From NCBI GenBank assembly GCA_016719635.1, contig JADJYT010000002.1, positions 94,076-158,075 of the forward strand: a stretch of 64,000 nucleotides of DNA. Reading direction: 5' to 3'. Shown in pieces: positions 20,955 to 30,602 of the stretch. The DNA is from Sphingobacteriales bacterium. GTDB taxonomy: Bacteria; Bacteroidota; Bacteroidia; Chitinophagales; JADIYW01. Both the position numbers and the translations under genes were made by a program. Below the pieces are notes generated by a model. It was not told the origin of the DNA. It made no database searches and worked only from the letters and a program-made list of their open reading frames with translations. Each line of letters opens with the position of its first letter. Position 1 is the stretch's first letter.

Positions 20955-22364
20955 CTAATTGAATCTTTTCTGCAATAAATCCATAAAACGATCCACCGCA
21001 GTTGTTTTAGTATCCCAATTGAATTTATTCCACAGATTATCTTTACAGAAATTTTCCGCCGCACTGAAAGAATTCAAGGCATCAATCTGCTTTAATCCTT
21101 TTTCATATTCTGCAAACTGGTTTCCGAACAGTTCCCGCACAAAAATAAACTTATCGTTCAATGCGATGGATTCACTCAATGTCTTGCTGATGGCGGTATG
21201 TACATTTTCTAAAACCGTTTGAGGTTTAAAAATCTCATTTAAAGAGGACGGAGTCAATTCTTCCACGACCGTTTCCACTTCTCGCTCTACCACCAGCACA
21301 GACTCGTTACCAAAAGAATTACCGTTATTTTCCGGAAGGAATGATGAAAGCGCTGATGAAAAAGTTTCCTGCAGTTCTTCCTTTTCTTCTTCAAAGAATT
21401 CAAAAAGTTTAGGCTGGCTCTGTTGTTCAAACTTTTCGAACAACAAAGGTTCTTCTTTCTTCTTATCAGCCAATTCTTCGGCTAAAGTAAGTGGTTTCTG
21501 CTCCTGAAATTTAGACAGCACACTTTCGACTTCTGTCGTTAATTTTCCGACAAAAGTTGTATCAGATACTGCATTTTCGCGTACCTCCTCTACCAAAGAC
21601 ATCACGACAGGCTCTTCCACTTTATTAACCGCATAATCTTCCGTGATGATGTTATCTACGGCATGCGTTTCGTTCACCAAGTTGTTTTCCGTGCGTTCAT
21701 TCAATGCATAGTCCTCCGTAATGATACTTTGAACAAAGGTCACTTTCTCCCCTTCCGACTCCTGAACCAGTTTATTGATGGAATAATCTTCCGTAATAAT
21801 GCTCTCCACAAAAGGAAGTACTTCAGTTTTTTCAACGATATGCTCTTCCGTTTCATTAACAGCGTAATCTTCCCTGATAATACTTTCCACCAGTGGTGTA
21901 ATCTCCATCGTTGCTGCTTCTGCAGTTATATGTTCCTCCGTTTCATTTTCCATCAGAGGTATTTCCAGTCTGTTTTCATCTAACGCAGGTGATTCCAGCT
22001 GATCCATTGCTTCCGCTACAATGTCCTCCTGGAGTTCTGAGTTTGTCATATCTTCCACATTCGAGAGAGATGCTTCCAGTTCCTCTACATTAGACTGTTG
22101 TTGTACCTGAACGATTTCCTTTTCTTTTTTAGGGATAAATGTTTCCTCTATTGTTTCCGATGGAGTAAAGGAATTTTCTTCTTTCTGGCTTATTACTAAA
22201 GAGCGTTCGATATCTTCGATTCTGTCGATACTGGTATACAGGTATTTTTTCATCAGGAGCAATTCATCTCTTGACATGGTACCTTCCGACAAAATAGTCT
22301 TGTTTAAATTAGAAACTACCGTTAAATAGTTCTCTATTTTTTGCAAAGCTTTTCTTATTTCCAT
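20955..22364 (-). CDS. acidic repeat-containing hypothetical protein
   Basis: 469-aa, very Glu-rich ORF. Four copies of an 'IIxEDYxxN' repeat. The C-terminal ~70 aa look globular. Confidence 0.65.
   Translation of the reverse strand: MEIRKALQKIENYLTVVSNLNKTILSEGTMSRDELLLMKKYLYTSIDRIEDIERSLVISQKEENSFTPSETIEETFIPKKEKEIVQVQQQSNVEELEASLSNVEDMTNSELQEDIVAEAMDQLESPALDENRLEIPLMENETEEHITAEAATMEITPLVESIIREDYAVNETEEHIVEKTEVLPFVESIITEDYSINKLVQESEGEKVTFVQSIITEDYALNERTENNLVNETHAVDNIITEDYAVNKVEEPVVMSLVEEVRENAVSDTTFVGKLTTEVESVLSKFQEQKPLTLAEELADKKKEEPLLFEKFEQQSQPKLFEFFEEEKEELQETFSSALSSFLPENNGNSFGNESVLVVEREVETVVEELTPSSLNEIFKPQTVLENVHTAISKTLSESIALNDKFIFVRELFGNQFAEYEKGLKQIDALNSFSAAENFCKDNLWNKFNWDTKTTAVDRFMDLLQKRFN
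21624..21893 (-). repeat. in-frame degenerate tandem repeats inside the acidic protein (4 x [VF]xSIIxEDYxxN)
   Basis: Protein residues ~158-247: VESIIREDYAVN / VESIITEDYSIN / VQSIITEDYALN / VDNIITEDYAVN. Matching DNA repeats such as gcataatcttccgtgatgat. Confidence 0.8.
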
Positions 22365-22415
22365 CTGTTTTAGTAATTTGAGGTGAAATTATAAGCTAAA
22401 TTTTAAAATTGTCAA

Positions 22416-23006
22416 ATGTTTTTAGAACCAAATGTTAATAAGTCTAAATCGGGCTGGATAGAGGTGGTATGCGGTTCTATGTTTTCCGGGAAGACGGAAG
22501 AGCTGATCCGGAGATTGAAAAGGGCGAAAATCGCCAACCTAAAAGTAGAGATCTTCAAACCGATGATTGATACGAGATACCATGAAACACAGGTGGTATC
22601 ACACGATTCAAATACGATCATGAGCACACCTGTAAGCAGTTCTCTAAACATTTTACTGTTGTCCAATGATGTGGAAGTGGTAGGCATTGATGAAGCGCAA
22701 TTTTTTGATGAAGGATTGCCGGAGGTTTGTGAACAGCTGGCAAAAAACGGGGTGCGTGTCATTATTGCCGGATTGGATATGGATTTCCAGGGCAGACCGT
22801 TCGGGCCTGTTCCTGCGTTGCTCGCAAAAGCGGAATACATCACCAAAGTTCATGCTATCTGTGTACGTTGCGGTGCTTTGGCAAATCATTCCTATCGATT
22901 AGTAGAGAGTGATACGAGAGTGCTGTTAGGGGAAAAAGAAAGCTATGAGCCGCGGTGCAGGGATTGCTTTACAAAAGGCATGGAAGGTCAGCATGGTAAG
23001 AACTAA
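22416..23006 (+). CDS. tdk: thymidine kinase
   Basis: '[14 protein letters not shown]', 'IDEAQFF', C-terminal Cys pairs 'CVRCG...CRDC'. Confidence 0.95.
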   Translation: MFLEPNVNKSKSGWIEVVCGSMFSGKTEELIRRLKRAKIANLKVEIFKPMIDTRYHETQVVSHDSNTIMSTPVSSSLNILLLSNDVEVVGIDEAQFFDEGLPEVCEQLAKNGVRVIIAGLDMDFQGRPFGPVPALLAKAEYITKVHAICVRCGALANHSYRLVESDTRVLLGEKESYEPRCRDCFTKGMEGQHGKN

Positions 23007-23034
23007 TTATTCATTCATCATAACGCTATAGGAT

Positions 23035-23544
23035 ATGAAACTGGCTGGAATCGAATTACCTAAAAGCATACACTTAGGCAATAAGGAACTTTTCTTTAAC
23101 GGAGCCGCTATCCGTTCCAAGTTTTTTATACAGACCTATATCATTTCCATGTATGCCGAAAAGCCGATTAGGGATGAAAAAGCGGGTATTGAAAGTGATA
23201 TTGACAGAAGCCTGCGCATGCAGATCATTACGCCGTTAGCCACCTCAAAAGCAGTAAGTGAAAATATTCAAAGCGGTATGAAAAACGGATTAGGCGCCCT
23301 GTATGACAAACAAAAAGATTTAATTGAGGATCTGAGAAAAGTGATAGAAACCTCCGGCGTGCAGTATAAAGACATTATAGATATCCATTACACCACTCAG
23401 CATGAACTGAAACTCTACAAAAACGAAAAGGAAATTTACCATAATAAAAATGGAAAATTATTCGCACAGACCATCTTTGGGATGTATCTGGGGAAAACCC
23501 CGAAAGATATAAAAATCAAACATGCCTTGTTAAACGGGCACTAA
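23035..23544 (+). CDS. chalcone-isomerase-like family protein
   Basis: 'LFFNGAAIRSKFFIQTYIISMY' resembles the bacterial chalcone-isomerase-like fold. 169 aa. Confidence 0.55.
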   Translation: MKLAGIELPKSIHLGNKELFFNGAAIRSKFFIQTYIISMYAEKPIRDEKAGIESDIDRSLRMQIITPLATSKAVSENIQSGMKNGLGALYDKQKDLIEDLRKVIETSGVQYKDIIDIHYTTQHELKLYKNEKEIYHNKNGKLFAQTIFGMYLGKTPKDIKIKHALLNGH

Positions 23545-23556
23545 AACCGAAACGCC

Positions 23557-25006
23557 ATGTTCCAAAAAATAATGTTACTCATCCTTGCCGGATTCCTCCT
23601 GCTGATTGGAATCATAACGTTCAACACCGTTACGGCTCCTGACAAGCAAATCAAACTGGCTGCAAATCCTGCGCCTGCCCTGACGGATAGTTCTTTGAGC
23701 CATTTTCAGCAGGCCATCCGGTTTCAGACCATCTCTTTTGGAGACACCGCAGACTGGAAAGCGGAGCCGTTCATCCAGTTCAGGCAATTCCTGGAAAAAA
23801 CCTACCCGCTGGTGCATCAGAAATTAATCCGTGAAATTATCGGCGGGTACAGTTATCTGTATAAATGGGAAGGCAAAAACCCTCAAATGAATCCATATAT
23901 TCTGATGGCTCATCAGGATGTCGTACCCATTGAAGAAGCTACAAAAGAGATGTGGACAGTAGATCCGTTTGCAGGCATTGTCAAAGATGGATACATTTGG
24001 GGACGCGGCACTACAGACGACAAAATCAATCTCATTTCCATTTTGGAAAGTGCAGAAAAGTTACTGCGAGAAAACTACCGGCCGGAACGAACCGTTTATT
24101 TTATTTTCGGACACGACGAAGAGATCAGCGGTAAAAAAGGCGCGGTAAAGATTGCCGAATTACTGGAATCCAGAAAAGTGAAAGCGGATATTATTCTGGA
24201 CGAAGGCGGATTTGTGACCAGAGAGAAAGTACCGGGATTAAAGAAACCCGTGGCTTTGATCGCTACCGCTGAGAAAGGATATGTTACACTTGATTTAACG
24301 GTCACGAAAAATGGCGGTCACTCATCAATGCCGGATAATGAAACGGCTTTGGATATACTCTGTAAAGCAATTGTTGAGCTGCGTTCACATCCCTTTAAAG
24401 CGCGTTTTGTGGAATCCACCAAAGATTTTTATGGAATTTGTCGGCCCTGAAATGGGTTTCCCCAGCAATATGGCCATGGCCAATCCAACATTATTCAAAA
24501 AAATGATTCTATCGAATTATGCAAAAAGCGGCAGCGGTAATGCCATGATCCGGACAACCGCAGTTCCCACCATTATCCACAGCGGCATGAAGGAAAATGT
24601 CATCCCAACGGTAGCTGAGGCAACGGTGAATTTCCGTTTACTTCCCGGCGATTCAGCTTCTGCTATTATTCAACAGGTAAAGAAAATCGTACATGACGAC
24701 AGGGTAGAGATTCAAGTGAAAAACAACAATATTGCCGAAGGTACGCCTTCCGCCTCTGCAAACAGTGTTGCCTTCAAAAAAGTAGACAGCCTTATAAAAC
24801 GAAGCTATGAGCATGTCTTGAGTGCTCCGTTTCTGCTGGTAGGCGCCACCGATTCCAGGTATTTTTATAAAGTATCAGACAACATCCTTAAATTCAGTCC
24901 GATGGAAGATCCGATAGGATTTCATGGTATCGATGAGCGTGTAAGTCAGAAAAGTTTTCAGCACTCACTCTGGTTTTTTGAGCAGTTCCTGAGAAGCTGC
25001 AGATAG
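23557..25006 (+). pseudogene. M20/M28-family metallopeptidase (carboxypeptidase-S-like) interrupted by a +1 frameshift
   Basis: ORF 23557-24450 ('MAHQDVVP', 'WGRGTTDDK', 'GHDEE') continues in ORF 24311-25006 from the ATG at 24431. The frames join at the T5 run 24426-24430 (...TKDF|MEFVGPEMGF...). Confidence 0.8.
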
Positions 25007-25045
25007 TTCAGAAAAGACTGAAATCAGTTGGAACAAGAGGGGCTG

Positions 25046-26557
25046 TTAATTAAACAAGTCTTTCATATCTTCATCCATCTCTTCATCCTTACTGAAGTTA
25101 AACATGGCGGAAGTAATATCGGAAAACTGATTTCCCTGCTCCAGTTGGAATTTACTCAACAGTGAATAGGCTGCCATGCCGTGTAAAATAAATTCCATCC
25201 AGATATTCAAGTCCTGTTTGGTCACCCCCATTACTTTTCCTAAAACCAAATCGCGCAAACCGGTCACTTCATCCAACTGGCCGGCATATACTTCATCCGA
25301 AGCTTCAGTCAGCAAATCGATGACATTACCCGCTTCAAAATAACTTTGTACGGTTTGGTATATCGTAGTCTCCTTCTGTTGCGATTTCTTTTTCCTGGGT
25401 TTTGTGGGATTGGGGAAATACTGTACAAATAAATTGCGGATAGCCTTATCTACAATATTCTGTGCCACCCGCATCGGACCTTCCTGTTCCCCTTCATAAA
25501 CCATCTCGATCTTCCCGGTTATGGCCGGAAAAACCCCTGCGAAATCCGAAATACGGGCCACCGTCTGTTTTTCATTATTCAGCAGGGCACGACGTTCGGC
25601 CGTACTCACGAGGTTTTCCATCGCAGCAATGGTCAGGCGTGATGACACCCCGCTCTTTTCATCCACAAACTCACTGTCCCGGGCGGCAAAAGCGATATGC
25701 TCGATCAGGTCTTTTATCAACTCGGGGATAATAACTCTCTGCTGCTGCTCATCGCTTAACTGAGCTTCCTGTGCTGTAATAGCTTTGGAATCTTCAATGG
25801 TTTTGGGATAATGCGTTAAAATCTGGGATTCAATTCTGTCTTTCAGCGGCGTAACGATACTGCCGCGATTGGTATAATCTTCTGGGTTGGCGGTAAATAC
25901 AAACTGAATATCGAGGGGAAAGCGGAGTTTAAAACCGCGTATCTGCAAATCTCCTTCTTCGAGCAAATTAAACAAAGCCACCTGAATCCTTGCCTGCAAA
26001 TCCGGCAATTCGTTGATAATGAAAATACTTCTGTTGCACCGTGGAATAATACCAAAGTGCAGCACCCTTTCATCTGCATAGTGTAGTTTTTGCGTGGCGG
26101 CTTTTATCGGGTCCACATCACCAATCAGGTCTGCCACCGTTCCGTAAGGTGTCGTCAGCTTCTCGGCGAACTGTTGGGAGCGGTGCACCCATTCCACCGG
26201 TGTTTCATCGCCGTTGATTTCAATCAGGTCTTTTGCATAACGGGATAAGGGCTGCAAGGGATCATCCAGTATTTCACTGCCTGCAATAACGGGAATATAT
26301 TCATCGAGCAAATTGACCATTTGCCGTGCGATGCGCGTCTTGGCCTGTCCGCGTAAACCCAGCAACAGGATATTATGTTTGGAAAGAATCGCCCGCTCCA
26401 CATCCGGAATCACGGAAGTATCGTAGCCGATAATCCCTTCAAATGCTTTTTCTTTCTTTTGCAGTTTTTGAATAAGATTATCCCTCAATTCCTGTTTAAT
26501 AGATTTGGTCTGATAGCCTGATTTTTTCAGCTGACCTAAAGTTATGATTGTATGCAT
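25046..26557 (-). CDS. AAA+ ATPase, ChlI/BchI (Mg-chelatase subunit I)-like
   Basis: Walker A 'GLRGQAKT', Walker B-like 'IFIINELPD', 'ANPEDYTNRGSIVTPLKDR'. 503 aa. Confidence 0.75.
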   Translation of the reverse strand: MHTIITLGQLKKSGYQTKSIKQELRDNLIQKLQKKEKAFEGIIGYDTSVIPDVERAILSKHNILLLGLRGQAKTRIARQMVNLLDEYIPVIAGSEILDDPLQPLSRYAKDLIEINGDETPVEWVHRSQQFAEKLTTPYGTVADLIGDVDPIKAATQKLHYADERVLHFGIIPRCNRSIFIINELPDLQARIQVALFNLLEEGDLQIRGFKLRFPLDIQFVFTANPEDYTNRGSIVTPLKDRIESQILTHYPKTIEDSKAITAQEAQLSDEQQQRVIIPELIKDLIEHIAFAARDSEFVDEKSGVSSRLTIAAMENLVSTAERRALLNNEKQTVARISDFAGVFPAITGKIEMVYEGEQEGPMRVAQNIVDKAIRNLFVQYFPNPTKPRKKKSQQKETTIYQTVQSYFEAGNVIDLLTEASDEVYAGQLDEVTGLRDLVLGKVMGVTKQDLNIWMEFILHGMAAYSLLSKFQLEQGNQFSDITSAMFNFSKDEEMDEDMKDLFN

Positions 26558-26592
26558 ATGATTGAAACACCGATTTGGATGATTTGTTACAC

Positions 26593-27108
26593 TTATTGGA
26601 TGGAATTTAAACTTTTATTATTCCCCCAGGAAAACACTTTCTCGAAGAGTGGCAGCCATTTATGCGATCTTATTTTTGACAGGAAAAACACTTCGTGTTC
26701 CTTTTCTTTCATACCCATTTCTATTAGAATGGCATCATGCCGGGTAATGTTCAACTGATTGAATAATTCTTTCATGTTAAAATACTCGCTAACATTGCCG
26801 CTTTCCAGCCTGCCTGCAAAATACATGGGCATAAACCAGCCAATGACATAACAGCTGTAGCAGATAATCTTTCCAATGAGGTAGTATTTTATTTCATAAT
26901 ACGCAGAAACCCGAACCTCATATTCCTGCATGATCCTGAGTACCTCCGCCCGGTGCTGCCATTCATCGTTTTCAATCTCTTTTATCCTGGTTTTATCCTC
27001 TAGCACATTCACAGCACCTGCATGCCCCTTATAGGCAAATGAAGCGGCACGTTCAGCAGAATAAGCCAATTGAAGAAGGTTAATTAATTCGGGCTGCAGT
27101 GATATCAT
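26593..27108 (-). CDS. ferritin-like di-iron protein with a central hydrophobic segment
   Basis: Duplicated E...ExxH ligand pattern ('AERAA'...'NDEWQH'; 'RLESG'...'EKEH'). Hydrophobic 'YYLIGKIICYSCYVIGWFMPMYFAG' lies between the halves. Confidence 0.6.
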   Translation of the reverse strand: MISLQPELINLLQLAYSAERAASFAYKGHAGAVNVLEDKTRIKEIENDEWQHRAEVLRIMQEYEVRVSAYYEIKYYLIGKIICYSCYVIGWFMPMYFAGRLESGNVSEYFNMKELFNQLNITRHDAILIEMGMKEKEHEVFFLSKIRSHKWLPLFEKVFSWGNNKSLNSIQ

Positions 27109-27123
27109 GCAACAAAATTACAA

Positions 27124-28713
27124 TTATATTGCCTTAATTTTCTTTAATAAAGATAAAGCGACGTCTTTCCCTGTTTGCGCACCTCCGTTCATGAATCCCT
27201 GAAACTCGTCGCTGCAGTGCTCCCCGGCAAATAGGATATTTCCGACAGGCTCACTGATGTACGGCATGATATCCGTCCATTGCCCCGGGAAAAAGGCAGA
27301 ATACGACCCTTTAATGATTTTTGACTTCGGCCACCACGCGATATCGGCATTATCGTTGAATTTATTTTTCATACCCGGATATATCTTATCGAGAATCGGA
27401 AGGTACCTATTCACAAACTGCTCTGTATCCTTTTTATTTTCCGCCATATAAACGGCATCTTCCCCCCCTAAGAACACCGTATAAATACCCGGTCCTTCAT
27501 TTTCATTCTGCCCGAATGAACTATCCCAGCCGTTGTGAATCTTATCATTAAACAGATAACCTATCGTCTTATGTTTGGTTCGCCAGATGCGTTCTTCAAA
27601 CCCTAAGAATAATTTAGCATTTTGCCCGTAACCCAGTTCCTTAATGGCCCGTCTCTTTGTTTTGCTCATTTCCACATTTATCGTTACATCCCTCAACACA
27701 GAAAAAGGTGTGGTCAGGATAACATAATCCGCATAGGCGGATTTACCATTTGCAAAGATGAGCGAATAGCCTGAATTGGCTTTATTGATTTCCACTAACT
27801 GATGTTCGAGATGAATATTACCCACAGCAGCGGCCAGTTCGTTGATGAGCGAAACAACCCCGCCCTTGATGGAATAACGTTCATCACTGTCTCCGTACAG
27901 TTCCACTTCATTATTTTCATTTACACCGAGTATGTCAATGAAATTCAATGCTGAATTATCCTGCAAATCCAGTCCAAATTCTGACAGATAGGAGGCGCGC
28001 AACAATTCTTTCAGCCAACCCGACACGCCCAGCCTTGCCAAATACTCATCTAAAGTCAGCCTGTCCAAACGAACCGCATCGGGTGTATCATAATTATCCC
28101 CGCAGGATATGGCATCTTTTTCTATTTGAGGAAGAAAATTCTTAAACTCATTAAACACCTGCTTCATGGTATATCTTTTATCGTTTATGATATACCATTC
28201 CCTGTTTTCACCTTTGTGTAACGGGTCTGCAGCATAATCATTCATCTCCAGCTTAAACTCTTCAATCAAATGCAGCATTTCTTTATGCCCTGTATCCACA
28301 AACTCTCCGCCTATATCCAGTGTAATGCCGGGTAAAAACTCGGCAATGGTATGCATACGCCCACCGCAGCGTTTAAGCATATCAAATATTTCATACTGGA
28401 CGGCACCTGATTTTTTGAGATAATGAGCGGCATTTAAACCGGCTATCCCGGCACCGACAATGGCCACTTTAGGTTTAAAGGCTGAACCGGAAGTGCTGGC
28501 ACCGTTATTTTTGCCGTTGTTTGACTGACAGGCGGTGATGCCTGTTAATGAAGCTGCAATAGCGATTCCGGCGCTTGCTCTTGCAGACTTGCTTAGAAAA
28601 TCTCTTCTGGAATAATATTGTTTTTCTTCCCATTCCTCATTATCCATTCCGGAAAGATAAACTTTGGATTGACGCTGCAATCTGTTGAGTAAAGGGCTTT
28701 TGAAAGTTGCCAT
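27124..28713 (-). CDS. TAT-exported lipoprotein, flavin-dependent amine oxidase family
   Basis: Twin-arginine 'SRRDFLSKS', lipobox 'ITAC', FAD Rossmann 'VAIVGAGIAGLNAAHYL', C-terminal 'FAGEHCS'. An alternative start exists at 28647. Confidence 0.8.
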   Translation of the reverse strand: MATFKSPLLNRLQRQSKVYLSGMDNEEWEEKQYYSRRDFLSKSARASAGIAIAASLTGITACQSNNGKNNGASTSGSAFKPKVAIVGAGIAGLNAAHYLKKSGAVQYEIFDMLKRCGGRMHTIAEFLPGITLDIGGEFVDTGHKEMLHLIEEFKLEMNDYAADPLHKGENREWYIINDKRYTMKQVFNEFKNFLPQIEKDAISCGDNYDTPDAVRLDRLTLDEYLARLGVSGWLKELLRASYLSEFGLDLQDNSALNFIDILGVNENNEVELYGDSDERYSIKGGVVSLINELAAAVGNIHLEHQLVEINKANSGYSLIFANGKSAYADYVILTTPFSVLRDVTINVEMSKTKRRAIKELGYGQNAKLFLGFEERIWRTKHKTIGYLFNDKIHNGWDSSFGQNENEGPGIYTVFLGGEDAVYMAENKKDTEQFVNRYLPILDKIYPGMKNKFNDNADIAWWPKSKIIKGSYSAFFPGQWTDIMPYISEPVGNILFAGEHCSDEFQGFMNGGAQTGKDVALSLLKKIKAI

Positions 28714-28755
28714 AATTTTGGTTTTTGTTATGACAATTTACAAAAAAAATCAGAA

Positions 28756-29892
28756 CTATCTTACTCTTCGCTTTTTGTTGCGTTCGTAATCTTCAAAAAT
28801 AAAATCCCCCAACCCATCCAGGGAAGTGTAGAACGCTTTTCCTTTATTGATTTCCGTGAATTCATGCACGTACTGCTGCAGATAGGCGTCTTTTGCAATC
28901 ATAAAGGTGGTAATGGGAATATTCAGCCGCCTGCACTGTGCGGCATAGTTGTAACATTTATTGATAATTTTCCTGTCCAGTCCAAAACTGTTTTTATAAT
29001 AGGTTAACCCCTCCTTCAGACAGGTGGGCTTTCCATCCGTAATCATAAAAATATGTTTGTTTGAATTTTTTCGTCTGCGTAAGATATCCATGGCGAGCTC
29101 CAAACCGGCTACGGTATTGGTGTGGTATGGCCCCACCTGCAAATAAGGTAAATCTTTCACTTGTATCTGCCAGGCATCATTACCAAACACTATTACATCC
29201 AGCGTATCTTTCGGATAGCGTGTCATGATGAGCTCACTCAGTGCCATGGCCACTTTCTTAGCCGGAGTAATCCTGTCCTCCCCGTACAATATCATGGAAT
29301 GGGAAATATCAATCATCAGCACCGTGGAAGTTTGTGCCTGGTATTCCTGCTCCATCACTTCCAGGTCGCTTTCCCGCAACAGAAAATCCTCTGATGCGTG
29401 ATTGATCTGTGCATTGCGTAAGGATTCTGTCATGAGTATCTGCTCCGGTTTATCGCCAAACTGATACGGACGAACGTCGCCTGTCGGTTCATCGCCGTTG
29501 CCGCCATAAGTAGATTTGTGGTTACCGCGTTTTGACTTTTTAATTTTTCCAAAAGTATCTTCCAGTGATTTTTGACGTATCGTCTTTTCCATTTTGGAAG
29601 TTATCTTCAATGCATCACTTCGTGGATTTTCCTGTTCAAGATAACCCTTATCCACTAAATCACGTATAAAGTCTCCTAACCCGTAATCGTTATTGGTAAG
29701 GTTGTATTGCTTATCCAAATCGGTCAGCCATTCCAGCCCCTCTCTCACATCCCCGGAAGTATACGTCAGCAATTGGCGGAGTACATTAAACAGCTTATCA
29801 AAATCAGCAGACTGCGAATCTAAAAGGGGAATATATTTGGTGAAGCGGTAACCTAACATTTGAATAATGTATGAAGTTAAAAAATTATCCAA
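28756..29892 (-). CDS. von Willebrand factor type A (vWA) domain protein
   Basis: MIDAS 'MIDISHSM', 'ITDGKPT'. 378 aa. Confidence 0.8.
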   Translation of the reverse strand: MDNFLTSYIIQMLGYRFTKYIPLLDSQSADFDKLFNVLRQLLTYTSGDVREGLEWLTDLDKQYNLTNNDYGLGDFIRDLVDKGYLEQENPRSDALKITSKMEKTIRQKSLEDTFGKIKKSKRGNHKSTYGGNGDEPTGDVRPYQFGDKPEQILMTESLRNAQINHASEDFLLRESDLEVMEQEYQAQTSTVLMIDISHSMILYGEDRITPAKKVAMALSELIMTRYPKDTLDVIVFGNDAWQIQVKDLPYLQVGPYHTNTVAGLELAMDILRRRKNSNKHIFMITDGKPTCLKEGLTYYKNSFGLDRKIINKCYNYAAQCRRLNIPITTFMIAKDAYLQQYVHEFTEINKGKAFYTSLDGLGDFIFEDYERNKKRRVR

Positions 29893-30014
29893 TATAAAAC
29901 ACCGGCAATAGATTAATGTTTAGGATTCACATGCATGCACTATCCATCAGAATATTGAAAAAACAATGGGATTGAACCATAATTTATCCTAATTGTTTAT
30001 GTAAAAAAGAAAAA

Positions 30015-30554
30015 ATGAAAAGATTAGTATTGAGTATTTCCCTTATGATATGGCAATATTCATTTTCAGCTGATTTTATGCATGATCTTGGCTTAGGCTT
30101 CTGGTCTAAAATCCGTAACAATAACACCGGACAGCCAACAAGCTATGGACCGCATATACACTATATGCCCAGAATTAATTTTCGCATAAAGGACAACATA
30201 TCATTCTCTGTTGCTTCCCCTCTTGCGATTGGCGCAAGATTTCATCCGACGGAAGGTAACTTTTTTCAGCTGCAATTGCCGGCAACACTTTTAATGTATT
30301 TTGGTCATGGTGCATTTAAGAAATAAAAACATAACAGTACTATCGGTGGATACTTTGGAGCAGGATTTAATTATATTCTGAGTACATCGGGATCATCCAG
30401 AGAGAGTGATTATGGAATAATCTCTTTAACAGGACTACGCTTTTATACACATCACCACAGTATCGGCGTGCATGTGCAATATACACATGACTTTAGATTT
30501 AAAAATAATTTTGTAGGTACCGGATTGTATTATACATTTGGATATTTTGATTAG
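30015..30554 (+). pseudogene. small beta-barrel-like outer-membrane protein with an in-frame TAA at 30324-30326
   Basis: ORF 30015-30326 has a signal-like N-terminus. The same frame stays open for 75 more codons, to the TAG at 30552-30554. That extension has beta-strand-like sequence ('IGGYFGAGFNYIL', terminal 'GLYYTFGYFD'). Confidence 0.45.
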
Positions 30555-30602
30555 AAACGCTCACACATTTTTTGCAGCATTTAACAAGCTGCCGTCTGTT
30601 AT

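Noticed and set aside
22412-22889. Minus-strand ORFs of 144 and 78 aa opposite tdk. The same applies to the many antisense ORFs inside nadC (36745-37528), dnaE, gpmI and yebC (56931-57720).
   Set aside because: These are shadow ORFs on the opposite strand of strongly recognised genes. They have no motifs and odd composition.
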